A stretch of DNA of 64,000 nucleotides from Alphaproteobacteria bacterium. GTDB lineage: Bacteria > Pseudomonadota > Alphaproteobacteria > SP197. The DNA lies in assembly GCA_964291415.2 (NCBI GenBank), contig OZ219917.1:32001-96000 (forward strand), read 5' to 3'. The position numbers and the translations under genes were made by a program. The notes under the pieces are model-generated. The model worked only from the letters and a program-made list of their open reading frames with translations. It ran no database searches and was not told where the DNA came from. Positions 9,241 through 19,189 of this stretch are shown one piece after another (the stretch's first letter is position 1; each line of letters starts with the position of its first letter).

Positions 9241-10113
9241 TCACGTCGCGAATGACCGGCCGGCAACCATCTCCTGATCCTCGAAAATCGAATCGGAGTC
9301 GGGAATTCTGGGAACGGGGGACCGCACGGGAAGGGCTTCCAGGCGGGGCTGCAGGGTCGGTTCGCCCCTCAGGATACGCCCATTGAACTCGTCGAGATCG
9401 AACGGTCCCGCGCTGGCAAGCGGCCAGGCATCGATCGCCATGTAGCACAGCAGGAGCAGGCGGCGGTCCCGGCGCAACCGGTTTTCCAGCGATCCGTGCA
9501 GCGTGCGCACGTGGTGTATCGTGATCGAACCCGCCTTTCCGGCGAGAGGCACCGCGTCATCGGCAAGCGCACCGAGTTCGCCGGCATGGCAGCTCCCCAC
9601 GAAGAGACCCTCGTGGTGGTGATCGAGTACCGGCCCCCTGTGAGTCCCCGGAATCACCATCAACGGTCCGTTCTCCAGGGTGCAGTCGCCGAGGTAGAGA
9701 CCGACGGCGAGCAGGTCATCGTTCGTATGGGGATAGAAGGCCCAGTCCTGGTGCCAGTCGATCGCCGCCTGGCCTCCCTTGGTCTTGATGTTCATCTTGG
9801 AATGGTCGAACCGCACGCCCGGACCGATGAGACATTCCACGATGTCGAGCAGACGTTCCTTGCGGGCGGCGCGGGCATAGGCCTCGTCGACCGCAACCGG
9901 ATTCTTGATGCGCCGCACCACCGGGTGCTCTGCCGTGTGATGCGGCGCCAGGTCGAAGAGGGAATCGCTGTCAGCAACTCCCCGCGAGCGTTCGATGTAG
10001 CTGTCCGTCACGCGGTTGAGTTCGGCCACTTCGGCCGCGTCGAAGACGTCCTCGACAAGAAGATAGCCTTCACGGCGATAGAACCGTACCTCATCGGGCG
10101 TCAGCATGGGCAT
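9241..10113 (-). CDS. PhyH-family Fe(II)/2-oxoglutarate dioxygenase
   Basis: FYRREGYL, WHQD (HxD), ENGPLMVIPGTH and LHGS..N...RR motifs. Confidence 0.92.
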   Translation of the reverse strand: MPMLTPDEVRFYRREGYLLVEDVFDAAEVAELNRVTDSYIERSRGVADSDSLFDLAPHHTAEHPVVRRIKNPVAVDEAYARAARKERLLDIVECLIGPGVRFDHSKMNIKTKGGQAAIDWHQDWAFYPHTNDDLLAVGLYLGDCTLENGPLMVIPGTHRGPVLDHHHEGLFVGSCHAGELGALADDAVPLAGKAGSITIHHVRTLHGSLENRLRRDRRLLLLCYMAIDAWPLASAGPFDLDEFNGRILRGEPTLQPRLEALPVRSPVPRIPDSDSIFEDQEMVAGRSFAT

Positions 10114-10186
10114 TCTCCTGCCGTATGCCGCGGCACATGTAGAGAGGAACGATGTCTTCAATCACCGGCAGCGGTCAACACCAACG

Positions 10187-10216
10187 AAAACGGCCCGGCA
10201 GGAACCGGGCCGTTTT
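10187..10216. terminator. Rho-independent terminator downstream of the BI-1 gene
   Basis: aaaacggcccgg-caggaa-ccgggccgtttt, a stem with A/T tracts on both sides. Confidence 0.75.
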
Positions 10217-10234
10217 GAACCAAGCTGGTACGCC

Positions 10235-10996
10235 TCACTCGCTGCGGGCGACACCGAGCAGCTGGATGAGCATGATGAAGAGGTTGATGAAGTCGAGGTA
10301 GAGCCTCAGGGCCCCGTGAATGGCCGACTTCGTCATCACGGCGCCGCTCATGTGGACGTCATAGCTCTGCTTGATGCGCTGCGTGTCGTAGGCCGTCAGG
10401 CCGACAAACACGATGACGCCGATGGCCGAGATCGCGAACTGGAGCGCGGAACTCTGCAGGAAGATGTTCACCACCATGGCGATGATGACGCCGATCAGCC
10501 CCATGAAGAGGAACGAACCCCATGCGGCAAGCGACCGCTTGGTGGTGTAGCCATAGAGGCTCATGGCGCCGAAGGTCACCGCGGTGATGAAGAAGACGCG
10601 GGCGATGCTCTCCTGCGTGAAGGCGATGAAGATCGTTGCCAGCGACAGCCCCATCAGGGCCGCAAAGATCCAGAAGACGGCCTGGGCAGAGGATGGAGAC
10701 ATCCTGTGGAGGCGGAAGGAGAACAGCAAGACGAGGCCAAGGGGCGCCAGCATGACCACCCACTGGAGAGGCGAACCAAACAGAAGGACTCCCAGCTGGG
10801 TGAGTCCGACGATGTCCCCCTGTGCGTTGGTGACAACCGAAAGTTGCGCCGTGCCGAAGGCGATGATGCCCGTGATGGCAAGCGCCACACCCATGTAGTT
10901 GTAGACGCGCAGCATGTAGCTCCGCAGGCCCTCATCATAGACGGCCGTTGTCCGGGTGAACGCAGCAGCGCGGGGTCCTGCGTTGCCGAAAGCCAT
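10235..10996 (-). CDS. Bax inhibitor-1/YccA-family membrane protein
   Basis: DEGLRSYMLRVYNYM, YGYTTKR, TAYDTQRIK and ALRLYLDFINLF motifs; start may be 11005. Confidence 0.95.
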   Translation of the reverse strand: MAFGNAGPRAAAFTRTTAVYDEGLRSYMLRVYNYMGVALAITGIIAFGTAQLSVVTNAQGDIVGLTQLGVLLFGSPLQWVVMLAPLGLVLLFSFRLHRMSPSSAQAVFWIFAALMGLSLATIFIAFTQESIARVFFITAVTFGAMSLYGYTTKRSLAAWGSFLFMGLIGVIIAMVVNIFLQSSALQFAISAIGVIVFVGLTAYDTQRIKQSYDVHMSGAVMTKSAIHGALRLYLDFINLFIMLIQLLGVARSE

Positions 10997-11112
10997 GTTC
11001 TTCATCCTCAAGGTTGTGTCGTCGAGTGGTATGCCGGGCTCATGCCCGGTTCCCCTGTCAGTTATGTGTGATCCGGGGGCGGACCGTCAAGACCACATCG
11101 CAGTGCGCCTGG

Positions 11113-13605
11113 TCAGGCATTGCGCAGAATCGGAGCTGCCGGAGCCGAAAGCAGGGACCATCCCGACACGACGCCGGCGATCAGCGACACGCCGAGGGCG
11201 AGGAAGAGGAGGAAAAGAGTCGCTGACCACGGCATGACCCAGGCAAGATCAAGGGCAAAGGTCACGATCGCCCACGATGCCGCCGTCCCCACCACGAGCG
11301 CCGGAAGGGCGACCGCCATTCCCAGAATCGCGTGTTCGAGAGTGAAGACGGCCAGCACAAACGACCTTGTAGCGCCCAGAACCTTGAGAATGACCGCCTC
11401 CCCAAGGCGCCGCCTCTGTGCTGCGACGACCGTTTCGGCGATGACGATCAAACCGCTGGCGAAGGCGATGAAGGCGATGCCGCGAACGACCGCATCAACG
11501 CTTTCCAGCATGTCGCGAATGTCCTCGATGACGTGACGCACACTGATGATGGAGATGTTGGGAAACTGCCGGGCAAGTTCCCGGCGCAGCGGATTCTCGG
11601 CGTCGACATCGGCATAGAGCGTTGCGATGTGGGTGTGCGGGGCCGCCTCGAGCAAGCCGGGCGAGAACACGAGGACAAAGTTGAGGCCGGCGGACGTCCA
11701 GTCGATGTGCCGCAGGTTGGCGATCTCCGCCGTGATCTCCCTGCCAAGCACGTTGACGGTCAGCGTATCCCCGATGCCGACGTGGTACCCGGCAGCGAGC
11801 TCGGCATCGAAAGACAGAAGCGGCGGTCCCGTGTGGTCTTCCTCCCACCACTCGCCCGCAACGACGTCGGCGTTCTCCGGCGATCCTCTGTAGGTGACAC
11901 CGACATCCGAGTTGATGGACCACATGGCATCGTCCTCAATCGTGGCGTCGGCCACCGGCACGCCATCGATGGCGATCACCCGGCCGCGCATGGCAGGGGA
12001 GGAGTCGAACGCCGTGACATCGTGACGGGCGGTCACCGTGTCGATGAACGGATCGATCTGATCGGACTGGATGTCGATCACGAAGAAGGCCGGAACCTTG
12101 CGGGAGGAGGCGACGTCGAGTTCTCTCGCGAGATTCGCCTCGACACCGGCGATGATCGCGAGAACGGCAAGCCCGGTTCCGAGCGCCACGGATACCGGAA
12201 CCGTCCCCGCCCCCGGACGATGGAGATTGGCCAGCGCCAGACGCAAGGCCGCAAGGCGTGGTCTGCCGGCGGATCGCGCCAGACGGGATACTCCCTGGCC
12301 GACGAGTCGGAACAGCACGAGAACGGCAAGGATGACGCCACAATAGATGGCCGCAAAGAGAGGCTCGTTGCCCGCAGCGATGGCAATCGTCACCACGCCG
12401 CCAGCCAGGAGAACGACTGTCAGCCGGTCGCGCGGTCGCATCGTCGTGCCGGGAAGCCCGGAGACGCGGAACAGGCTGGCCGGAGAGATCTCCCTCGTGC
12501 GAAAGAGCGGAGGCAGCGCGAAGACCAGAGTGATGAGGATGCCGCAGGCAGCGGCAACAAGAAGCGGTCCCGGGTGAAGGTCCGGACTGATGGTGACGGG
12601 CAGCGCCTCGCCCGCGAGCCCGGCTGCCAGAACCGGAAGAAGTGCCCCTGCGATCAGCCCGGCGGCAATGCCGAATCCTGCCATGAGGGCGATCTCGAAG
12701 AGATAGCTGACGAGAACCAGCCGCTGTGAGGCCCCCAGGGACTTCAGCGTGGCAATGGTCGGCACCTGGCGGGCGAGATAGGTGGTCACGGCACTCGACA
12801 TGCCGATCCCTCCAATCAGGAGGGCCGTCAGGCCGACCAGGGTGATGAAGAGGGAAAGGCGCTCGAGAAACCGGCGCAGCGACGGATTGGCGTCATCGGC
12901 GCTCCTGATGCGCCAGGTGGCTTGCGGAAAGGTCTGACGCAGGTCGGCGATGACGCCTGCCACGTCGCCGGACTCATCGAGCCTCATGCGCACGTGGTGA
13001 CGCACGAGACTGCCCGTTCCGGCGATACCCGCGGAATCCAGCATCTCGAGCGACACAATGACCCGCGGGCCGAGGCGGAAGGGAGCACTGGCCCGATCAG
13101 GTTCATCGACAAGAGCCGCCACGATGGGAACTGCGGCCTCTCCCAGGGAAAACGACGAGCCGACCACGAGACCGGTGGACTCGAGGAAGTCCCCGTCGAC
13201 GATGGCGCCCTCCGCAAGGGCGTTATCCAGCGGGATCGCGGGATCGATGAGCGCCTCGCCGTAGAGTGGCCAGCTGTCATCGACGGCCCGAAGGTTCACC
13301 AGCAGCGGTTCGCCGTCCGGGGGCCTTGCCATGGCGAAGAGATCGGCCGACCGCGACAGTGCACCACGCGCTTCCAGCCAGCGGATCTGTTCGTCGTCCG
13401 GGGGCGTGAAGGTCGTGCGCAATGCAATGTCGCCGCCCAGAATGACACGCCCGTTCTCGCGCAGGCTCTCCACGAGACCGGCGCCGAAGCTGCCGACACC
13501 CGCTATGGTCATGACCCCGAGTGCAAGGGCGAAGACGGCCAGCAGGAACCTCTTCCTGCCGCCTTTGAGATTCCGTCGGGCGATGGTCCAGGCCAGCGCG
13601 GTCAC
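11113..13605 (-). CDS. YbbP-like ABC permease (two FtsX domains)
   Basis: ILGGD, IATLKSLGAS, FFVIDIQSDQ and ILKVLGA motifs; overlaps the ATPase gene and lies opposite tesA. Confidence 0.9.
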   Translation of the reverse strand: MTALAWTIARRNLKGGRKRFLLAVFALALGVMTIAGVGSFGAGLVESLRENGRVILGGDIALRTTFTPPDDEQIRWLEARGALSRSADLFAMARPPDGEPLLVNLRAVDDSWPLYGEALIDPAIPLDNALAEGAIVDGDFLESTGLVVGSSFSLGEAAVPIVAALVDEPDRASAPFRLGPRVIVSLEMLDSAGIAGTGSLVRHHVRMRLDESGDVAGVIADLRQTFPQATWRIRSADDANPSLRRFLERLSLFITLVGLTALLIGGIGMSSAVTTYLARQVPTIATLKSLGASQRLVLVSYLFEIALMAGFGIAAGLIAGALLPVLAAGLAGEALPVTISPDLHPGPLLVAAACGILITLVFALPPLFRTREISPASLFRVSGLPGTTMRPRDRLTVVLLAGGVVTIAIAAGNEPLFAAIYCGVILAVLVLFRLVGQGVSRLARSAGRPRLAALRLALANLHRPGAGTVPVSVALGTGLAVLAIIAGVEANLARELDVASSRKVPAFFVIDIQSDQIDPFIDTVTARHDVTAFDSSPAMRGRVIAIDGVPVADATIEDDAMWSINSDVGVTYRGSPENADVVAGEWWEEDHTGPPLLSFDAELAAGYHVGIGDTLTVNVLGREITAEIANLRHIDWTSAGLNFVLVFSPGLLEAAPHTHIATLYADVDAENPLRRELARQFPNISIISVRHVIEDIRDMLESVDAVVRGIAFIAFASGLIVIAETVVAAQRRRLGEAVILKVLGATRSFVLAVFTLEHAILGMAVALPALVVGTAASWAIVTFALDLAWVMPWSATLFLLFLALGVSLIAGVVSGWSLLSAPAAPILRNA

Positions 13606-14279
13606 GTCAGCTCCCGGCAGGCGCCGTTCTCGATGGCCACGGTACGCCGGCAGCGTCGCGCCAGGTCGTGGTTGTGGGTGACCAGCATCAGCGTGGCCCC
13701 GGCTTGCGCGACAACCTCGAACATCAGGTCCGTGACCGCCGAACCGGTCTCGGTGTCGAGATTGCCTGTCGGCTCGTCAGCCAGCAGCAGCGGCGGACGG
13801 TTGACGAGGGCGCGGGCGAGGGCCACGCGTTGCTGCTCGCCGCCCGAAAGCTCCACCGGCAGGTGCCCCGATCTCGTCTCCAGCCCGGTTTCCGCAAGCA
13901 CGCGCCGCGCCTTCGGGATGGCATCGGCGTCGCCGGCCAGTTCAAGGGGCAGGGCGACATTCTCGAGTGCCGTCATCGTGGCGATCAGGTGGAAGGACTG
14001 GAAGACGATGCCGATCGTCCGTCCGCGGAACTTCGCCAGCTCGTCCTCGTCGAACGCGGCAAGATTCCGGCCGGTGATCTCGACCGTCCCGGATGTCGGC
14101 CGTTCCAGTCCCGCAGTCAGCGCCAGGAGCGAGGACTTGCCGGAACCCGACGGACCGATGACGGCGAGATGGCACCCTTCCTCGACGGCAAGGGAGACAT
14201 CCCGCAGGATGGTGACCGCGCCGGCGGCGCCGGTGAGCCTCAAGTGGAGGCTGCTCAGTCGGACAACGGGATCGGGCAT
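13602..14279 (-). CDS. YbbA-like ABC ATP-binding protein
   Basis: [28 protein letters not shown] and VTHN motifs. Confidence 0.93.
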   Translation of the reverse strand: MPDPVVRLSSLHLRLTGAAGAVTILRDVSLAVEEGCHLAVIGPSGSGKSSLLALTAGLERPTSGTVEITGRNLAAFDEDELAKFRGRTIGIVFQSFHLIATMTALENVALPLELAGDADAIPKARRVLAETGLETRSGHLPVELSGGEQQRVALARALVNRPPLLLADEPTGNLDTETGSAVTDLMFEVVAQAGATLMLVTHNHDLARRCRRTVAIENGACRELT

Positions 14280-14284
14280 CGCGG

Positions 14285-14917
14285 ATGAAAGAGGTTGGCC
14301 GCATGGCGGTTCTGATCGCAGGACTCCTGGCGAGTGTCCCCGCGGCAAGCGCCGAAATCCGTGTACTGGCGCTCGGCGACAGCCTCACGGCGGGCTACGG
14401 CCTTCCCGCCGCCGACAGCTTCGTCGCCCGTCTTGGCGCCGCCCTGGACCTCCTGGATCACGACGTCAGGATCATCGATGCCGGTGTCTCCGGTGACACC
14501 ACCACCGGTGGGCTGGCACGTCTGGAATGGGCGCTTTCCGGAGGCGTGGATGCGGCGATCGTGGCGCTTGGCTCCAACGATGCCCTGAGAGGTATCGATC
14601 CGGGGGTCAGCCGGGCCAATCTCGACCGGATCCTCTCCGTTCTCGGGCAACGGAACATACCGGTGCTGCTCGCCGGCATGGCCGCGCCGCGCAATCTCGG
14701 CACCGACTACGTCGCAGCCTTCGATGCCATCTATCCTGAACTCGCCGATCAGCATGGAGCCATTCTCTACCCGTTCTTCCTTGATGGTGTGGCGATGGTC
14801 CCGTCACTCAACCAGGATGACGGCATCCACCCCAACGTCCGGGGGGTGGAGGTGATTGTCGAGAGAATGGTGCCATATGTAGTCCGGCTTCTCGAACGCG
14901 CAACCTCCAGATCATGA
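14285..14917 (+). CDS. tesA: Arylesterase / acyl-CoA thioesterase I (SGNH)
   Basis: GDSL, GVSGDTT, GSND and DGIHPN blocks; divergent from the ybbA-like ATPase. Confidence 0.9.
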   Translation: MKEVGRMAVLIAGLLASVPAASAEIRVLALGDSLTAGYGLPAADSFVARLGAALDLLDHDVRIIDAGVSGDTTTGGLARLEWALSGGVDAAIVALGSNDALRGIDPGVSRANLDRILSVLGQRNIPVLLAGMAAPRNLGTDYVAAFDAIYPELADQHGAILYPFFLDGVAMVPSLNQDDGIHPNVRGVEVIVERMVPYVVRLLERATSRS

Positions 14918-15456
14918 CGCCACCCCTTTTCATTGCCGTCACCGTGCCGTGCACCATTGCCGCGAGACTGGCGGCACTGGGAGGCGGCATTCCGGGCGGA
15001 CGCCAGGTGCCGGCGGAGAACATGCACATCACGCTGCGCTACCTCGGCGAGATCGAATCCATGCTGGCCGACGAGATCTGCGAAGCCCTTGCCACCGTCA
15101 GTCATGCGCCGTTCACGCTGAAGGTGTCGGGTGTCGGCTTCTTCGGCAAGAGGCGCGACCCCCGCCTTCTCTATGCCGGAGTCCGTCCGCAGGACGACCT
15201 GGTGATGCTGCACCACAAGGTGGAAGGTCTTCTGCTGCAATTGCGTCTCCCGCCGCGCGAACGCAAGTACCACCCGCACATCACCCTTGCCCGCCTGAAG
15301 AATGCCTCGCCGCAGCGCATCGGTGAATTCGTGGCCGCCAACAACCTCATCGAGTCACCGCCTTTCGAGATCCGCTCCTTCGCCCTTCACGAGAGCCATA
15401 GGCGCAGCGACGGCTCCCACTACCGCATGATCCGTGAGTACGCGCTGGTTTCATGA
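14914..15456 (+). CDS. thpR: RNA 2',3'-cyclic phosphodiesterase (2H family)
   Basis: Two HxT motifs (HITLRYLG, PHITLAR). Confidence 0.92.
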   Translation: MTPPLFIAVTVPCTIAARLAALGGGIPGGRQVPAENMHITLRYLGEIESMLADEICEALATVSHAPFTLKVSGVGFFGKRRDPRLLYAGVRPQDDLVMLHHKVEGLLLQLRLPPRERKYHPHITLARLKNASPQRIGEFVAANNLIESPPFEIRSFALHESHRRSDGSHYRMIREYALVS

Positions 15457-15619
15457 CTCCTGGCAACCGTGTCGGCGGCATCCGGGAGCGGACCTTGGCG
15501 TCCCTGGGCTACCGCGACCAGCCGCCCATGATGAACTGTCCGGAGGTCAGTCTGCTGTTCTGTGGACACCACGAGCCATGGCTTCGATGTGCCAAGTCAA
15601 GACGTGGTGTTGATCCCCG

Positions 15620-15780
15620 TAGTTCCGGGGAGATCGAAGACACGGCGCAACAGCCACGTGGTTTCGAGCATGACGGCCTTGCCCACCGGGATATCACCCT
15701 CACCGATTGTCGCTCTCGCCCTGATCAGAAACGCCTCCGGTCAGGCATCGGACAACGGCATTGGGGTCAACGGTGCGCAT
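15620..15780 (-). pseudogene. Degenerate VapC/PIN toxin
   Basis: MRTVDPNAVVRCLTG (degenerate DTN motif), frameshift/stop at about 15700, then GDIPVGKAVMLETTWLLRRVF; start overlaps the antitoxin end. Confidence 0.75.
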
Positions 15781-16042
15781 GCCGACGCCGTGATTCTTCC
15801 AGGATTCCCACCTCCATATCAGCGAGGGATCTGGGCGGAGCATCGCCAGCCAGGCACCCGAAGACATCGTCTGGTCGGGTCGCCGCAAATGCGGGCTCGG
15901 GCTTGAGCAGCACGCCCTCAGCAGTGCTCTCGACCGTCAGGCGGGTTCCGGCGCACCAGCGCAGCGTCTCGCGGACCGCCTTGGGCAACGTGATCCGACC
16001 CCTCGTCGAGACGATGGTGGTGAGCTTGTCGAGCACAGCCAT
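15767..16042 (-). CDS. AbrB/MazE/SpoVT-type antitoxin
   Basis: TTIVSTRGRITLPKAVRETLRWCAGTRL swapped-hairpin signature; GGAGA RBS. Confidence 0.88.
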   Translation of the reverse strand: MAVLDKLTTIVSTRGRITLPKAVRETLRWCAGTRLTVESTAEGVLLKPEPAFAATRPDDVFGCLAGDAPPRSLADMEVGILEESRRRHAHR

Positions 16043-16081
16043 GCCGATTGTTCTCCGACCTATGTGCCGTTGAGTCGAGTG

Positions 16082-16095
16082 CAAGATGCATCTTG
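16082..16095. promoter_or_regulatory. Putative antitoxin operator
   Basis: Perfect 14-bp palindrome CAAGATGCATCTTG about 40 bp upstream of the antitoxin start. Confidence 0.5.
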
Positions 16096-16252
16096 GGAGA
16101 TGTTGAGCCAAGTGCGATTCTCAGGCGTACCGCGCCGGTTGATGACACAAGCTGTCGTGGCCGTCGGCACGACAGACCGAAATCCGCCAGCAGGTGTTCT
16201 ATGGGTGATGGCCTGGCGATACCATGACCGGAATCAGCAACGCGTGAACCCG

Positions 16253-17623
16253 ATGACCGACATGCCGACCAATTCACCGATCGTCGCCGCCTGGCTGGAG
16301 AGAACCAAAGGTTCGCGCGATCTCGCCCGCGAGGCCGGCGGGATCTTTCCCAGTGGCGTGACCCACGATTCCCGGTACCGGGAGCCCTACGGACTCTACG
16401 TCGATCACGCCAGGGGGAGCCGCAAGTGGGATGTCGACGGCAACGAGTATGTCGACTTCTTCGGTGGTCACGGCTCGCTCATCCTCGGGCACGGCAACCC
16501 GGCGGTCATGGAAGCGGTGAGACAGGCCGTTGGCGAGGGCACCCACTTCGGTGCTGGTCACAGGGCGGAAGTGCGCTGGGGTCGCACGGTGTGCGATCTT
16601 GTGCCCTCGGCGGAACGCGTGCGGTTCGTCTCCTCGGGCACCGAGGCAACCCTGATGTGCCTGCGTCTCGCCCGCGCGTTCACAGGCCGGCGCAGGGTGC
16701 TGCGCTTCACCCATCACTTTCACGGCTGGCACGACCATGTTGCCTCGGCCCGGGTCTCGAGCGGCGGTGACCTTGCGGCGGGCGTCGTCCCGGGAGTCGA
16801 GGAGGATCTCCTCGTGGTCGAGGCCGGCGACCACGCCGCACTGCGGGAAGCGTTCCGCACCCACGACGACATCGCCGCTGCCATCATCGAACCGACGGGC
16901 GCCACGTTCGGCCGGGTACCGGTCGATCCGGATTTCGTCCGGCGCTTGCGTGACGAGACAGATCGTCACGGAGCCCTCCTCATCCTCGACGAGGTCGTCA
17001 CCGGATTCCGCGTCTCGCCGGGCGGTGCCCAGACGACGCTCGGAATCACGCCCGATCTCACGGCCCTGGCGAAGATCCTGGCAGGCGGTCTTCCCGGCGG
17101 CGCGGTGGCCGGACGGAGGGATGTCTTGGACATGCTCGATTTCGAGGCCACGCACCGGGATGGCCGCGTCAAGGTCGACCACTTCGGCACCTTCAACGCC
17201 AATCCGGTTTCGGCCGCCGCCGGTATCGCCGCCCTGGACCAGATCGCCGACGGCGCCATCTGCGCGCGCGCCAGCGCCAACGCAGCCGCGCTGCGGGACG
17301 GCATCAACCGCGTCGTCAGCGAAACCGGTGTCTCCTGGGCCGCATACGGAACCCATTCCTCCTTCCACATCTTCCTCAATCCCCGCCGCCTCGACGTGGC
17401 GCCGGGTTCCCTCGACGATTCCGGCGTGTCGCCCGATGACCTGCTCTACCTGCCGAAGCCTCTCGCCACCCGGTTCGATCTCGCCATGATGCTGGGCGGC
17501 GTCACCATGGGCGGATCGCCCGGCGGCTACGTGTCGGGCGTCATGGATGGCGCCGATGTCGACGTGACGGTGGACGCGGTGCGCGATGCCATCCGCATGC
17601 TGCGCGCCGAGGACGCACTGTGA
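16253..17623 (+). CDS. Class III PLP aminotransferase (glutamate-1-semialdehyde aminomutase-like)
   Basis: DVDGNEYVDF, SGTEA, FHGWHD, LILDEVVTGFR, AKILAGGLP (PLP Lys) and GTFNANP motifs. Confidence 0.9.
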   Translation: MTDMPTNSPIVAAWLERTKGSRDLAREAGGIFPSGVTHDSRYREPYGLYVDHARGSRKWDVDGNEYVDFFGGHGSLILGHGNPAVMEAVRQAVGEGTHFGAGHRAEVRWGRTVCDLVPSAERVRFVSSGTEATLMCLRLARAFTGRRRVLRFTHHFHGWHDHVASARVSSGGDLAAGVVPGVEEDLLVVEAGDHAALREAFRTHDDIAAAIIEPTGATFGRVPVDPDFVRRLRDETDRHGALLILDEVVTGFRVSPGGAQTTLGITPDLTALAKILAGGLPGGAVAGRRDVLDMLDFEATHRDGRVKVDHFGTFNANPVSAAAGIAALDQIADGAICARASANAAALRDGINRVVSETGVSWAAYGTHSSFHIFLNPRRLDVAPGSLDDSGVSPDDLLYLPKPLATRFDLAMMLGGVTMGGSPGGYVSGVMDGADVDVTVDAVRDAIRMLRAEDAL

Positions 17624-17689
17624 TCGCGTAGCGCGCCCTTGCCCACGCGCCGACTGGCGGTGCTGTCTTTCTGCCGCAACCGATACAGG

Positions 17690-17883
17690 TTCCGGGACGC
17701 TGACGTGTCGTTTCCGCAGCCCCGTCTGCCGCTTCGCCGAAGATCTCGATGTCCTTCATCAACTGAAAGATCGAGCCGACGGTTCGTGTCGAGACCGGCC
17801 TGCTCTCGTTGTTGGGTGAAGGACAGTGCTCTGCAGGCAGCCTTCGGCATGTGCCGCAATCGGATCTCGTCACTGTCGCGCAT
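17690..17883 (-). pseudogene. Degenerate HepT/DUF86 (HEPN) toxin
   Basis: MRDSDEIRLRHM...LDTNRRLDLS, frameshift, then LMKDIEIFGEAA; truncated before the RxxxxH motif. Confidence 0.78.
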
Positions 17884-18190
17884 ACTGGACAACCGCCTTG
17901 TCGAGGACGTCCTGGCGGAAATAGCGGCTCAGATCCTGAGGCGTTCGCAGGTCGACTTTCCGTCCACCGAACAATGCGGACAGTTCAATCTCGAGTCCGG
18001 CGATGCCGAGCAGGCCAGGGGATCGTCCCTCCACGAACTCAACCAGCACATCAACATCGCTGTCGGGACCAAAATCCGCTCGCAGTGCCGAACCGAACAG
18101 TGCAAGCCAACGGATGTCATGCATCCGGCAGAAAGCAGCGAGTTCCGCTTTCGGGATCGACAACTGCGGGTTGATACCTGGCGCTGTCAT
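17870..18190 (-). CDS. MntA-type minimal nucleotidyltransferase antitoxin
   Basis: LALFGSALRADFGPDSDVDVLVEF (GS...DxD) and KVDL motifs. Confidence 0.9.
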   Translation of the reverse strand: MTAPGINPQLSIPKAELAAFCRMHDIRWLALFGSALRADFGPDSDVDVLVEFVEGRSPGLLGIAGLEIELSALFGGRKVDLRTPQDLSRYFRQDVLDKAVVQYARQ

Positions 18191-18382
18191 CTGAGCATGT
18201 CCAATTCAAACGTCGTTTTCCTGGACGGGTTCCGTTTCCCGTTCGTCGTCATCGTCCAGGGCGGAACCCCTGGTGCGGAGGCAGTCTGGCCGTCTCCACC
18301 CAAGGTATCCGACGGTTCCGGTCATCAACGCTGTTGAGGGATCGGAGGTTCCGCTCGTCCGGGTGCACGGGGAGCGGCATCA

Positions 18383-18778
18383 TCACTCGCTCTCGAGGCG
18401 TTCCATGTCGTCGTCCGACAGTCCGAAGTGGTGGCCGATCTCGTGGATGATCGTGTTGTGCACGAGGTCCTCGAGGGAGTCGTCGCCTTCGGCCCAGGCA
18501 TCGAGGAGCGGGCGCCGGTAGAGATAGATGCGGTTGAGGTCGTCCATCACGTCGTGGCCGGAGGCCTGGTCGAGGGAAATCCCTTGGTAGAGCCCGAGGA
18601 GACCGAATTCGCTGTCGATGCCAAGGGAGTCCAGGACTTCCGCTTCGGGGAACTCGGTCACGAGAATGGCGATGCCTTCGATGCGGGCCTTCAGGTTTTC
18701 GGGAATCATGGCGATTGCGTCGTCGGCGATCGCCGCGATCTCGTCGGCGTCGGGAGGTGGGCCGAAACGTCGCGTCAT
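18383..18778 (-). CDS. Zincin-like metallopeptidase family protein
   Basis: [14 protein letters not shown] and [13 protein letters not shown] motifs. Confidence 0.9.
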   Translation of the reverse strand: MTRRFGPPPDADEIAAIADDAIAMIPENLKARIEGIAILVTEFPEAEVLDSLGIDSEFGLLGLYQGISLDQASGHDVMDDLNRIYLYRRPLLDAWAEGDDSLEDLVHNTIIHEIGHHFGLSDDDMERLESE

Positions 18779-18862
18779 GGGGCCCGGACCATAGCCTCTC
18801 TTGCCGAAGCGGCCAACTCGCCGGACAATCGGCGGCGGATGGGGACCAAGGGGGACCGTTCA

Positions 18863-19189
18863 GTGGCCGACACGCTCGCTCAAGGAACGCTCGACGAGGC
18901 GCTCGCCTCCCTGCCGGACTGGGCCGTGGCCGACGGCGGGGCGGCGCTGGAACGGTCCTACCGCTTCAGCGACTTCATGACGGCGTTCGGCTTCATGGGC
19001 CGCGTCGCCGTCTACGCCGACGTCGTCGATCACCATCCCGAGTGGTTCAACGTCTACAACCGCGTCGACGTCACGCTGACGAGCCACGATGCCGGCGGCA
19101 TCACGCGCCGTGACATCGCGATGGCCCGCTTCATGGACCGTGCGGCCAGGAAGTCGGGAATGCCGGCGCGCGAGACCGGTGGCAGCTGA
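18863..19189 (+). CDS. phhB: Pterin-4-alpha-carbinolamine dehydratase
   Basis: [24 protein letters not shown]; GTG start (18839 ATG is an alternative). Confidence 0.92.
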   Translation: MADTLAQGTLDEALASLPDWAVADGGAALERSYRFSDFMTAFGFMGRVAVYADVVDHHPEWFNVYNRVDVTLTSHDAGGITRRDIAMARFMDRAARKSGMPARETGGS

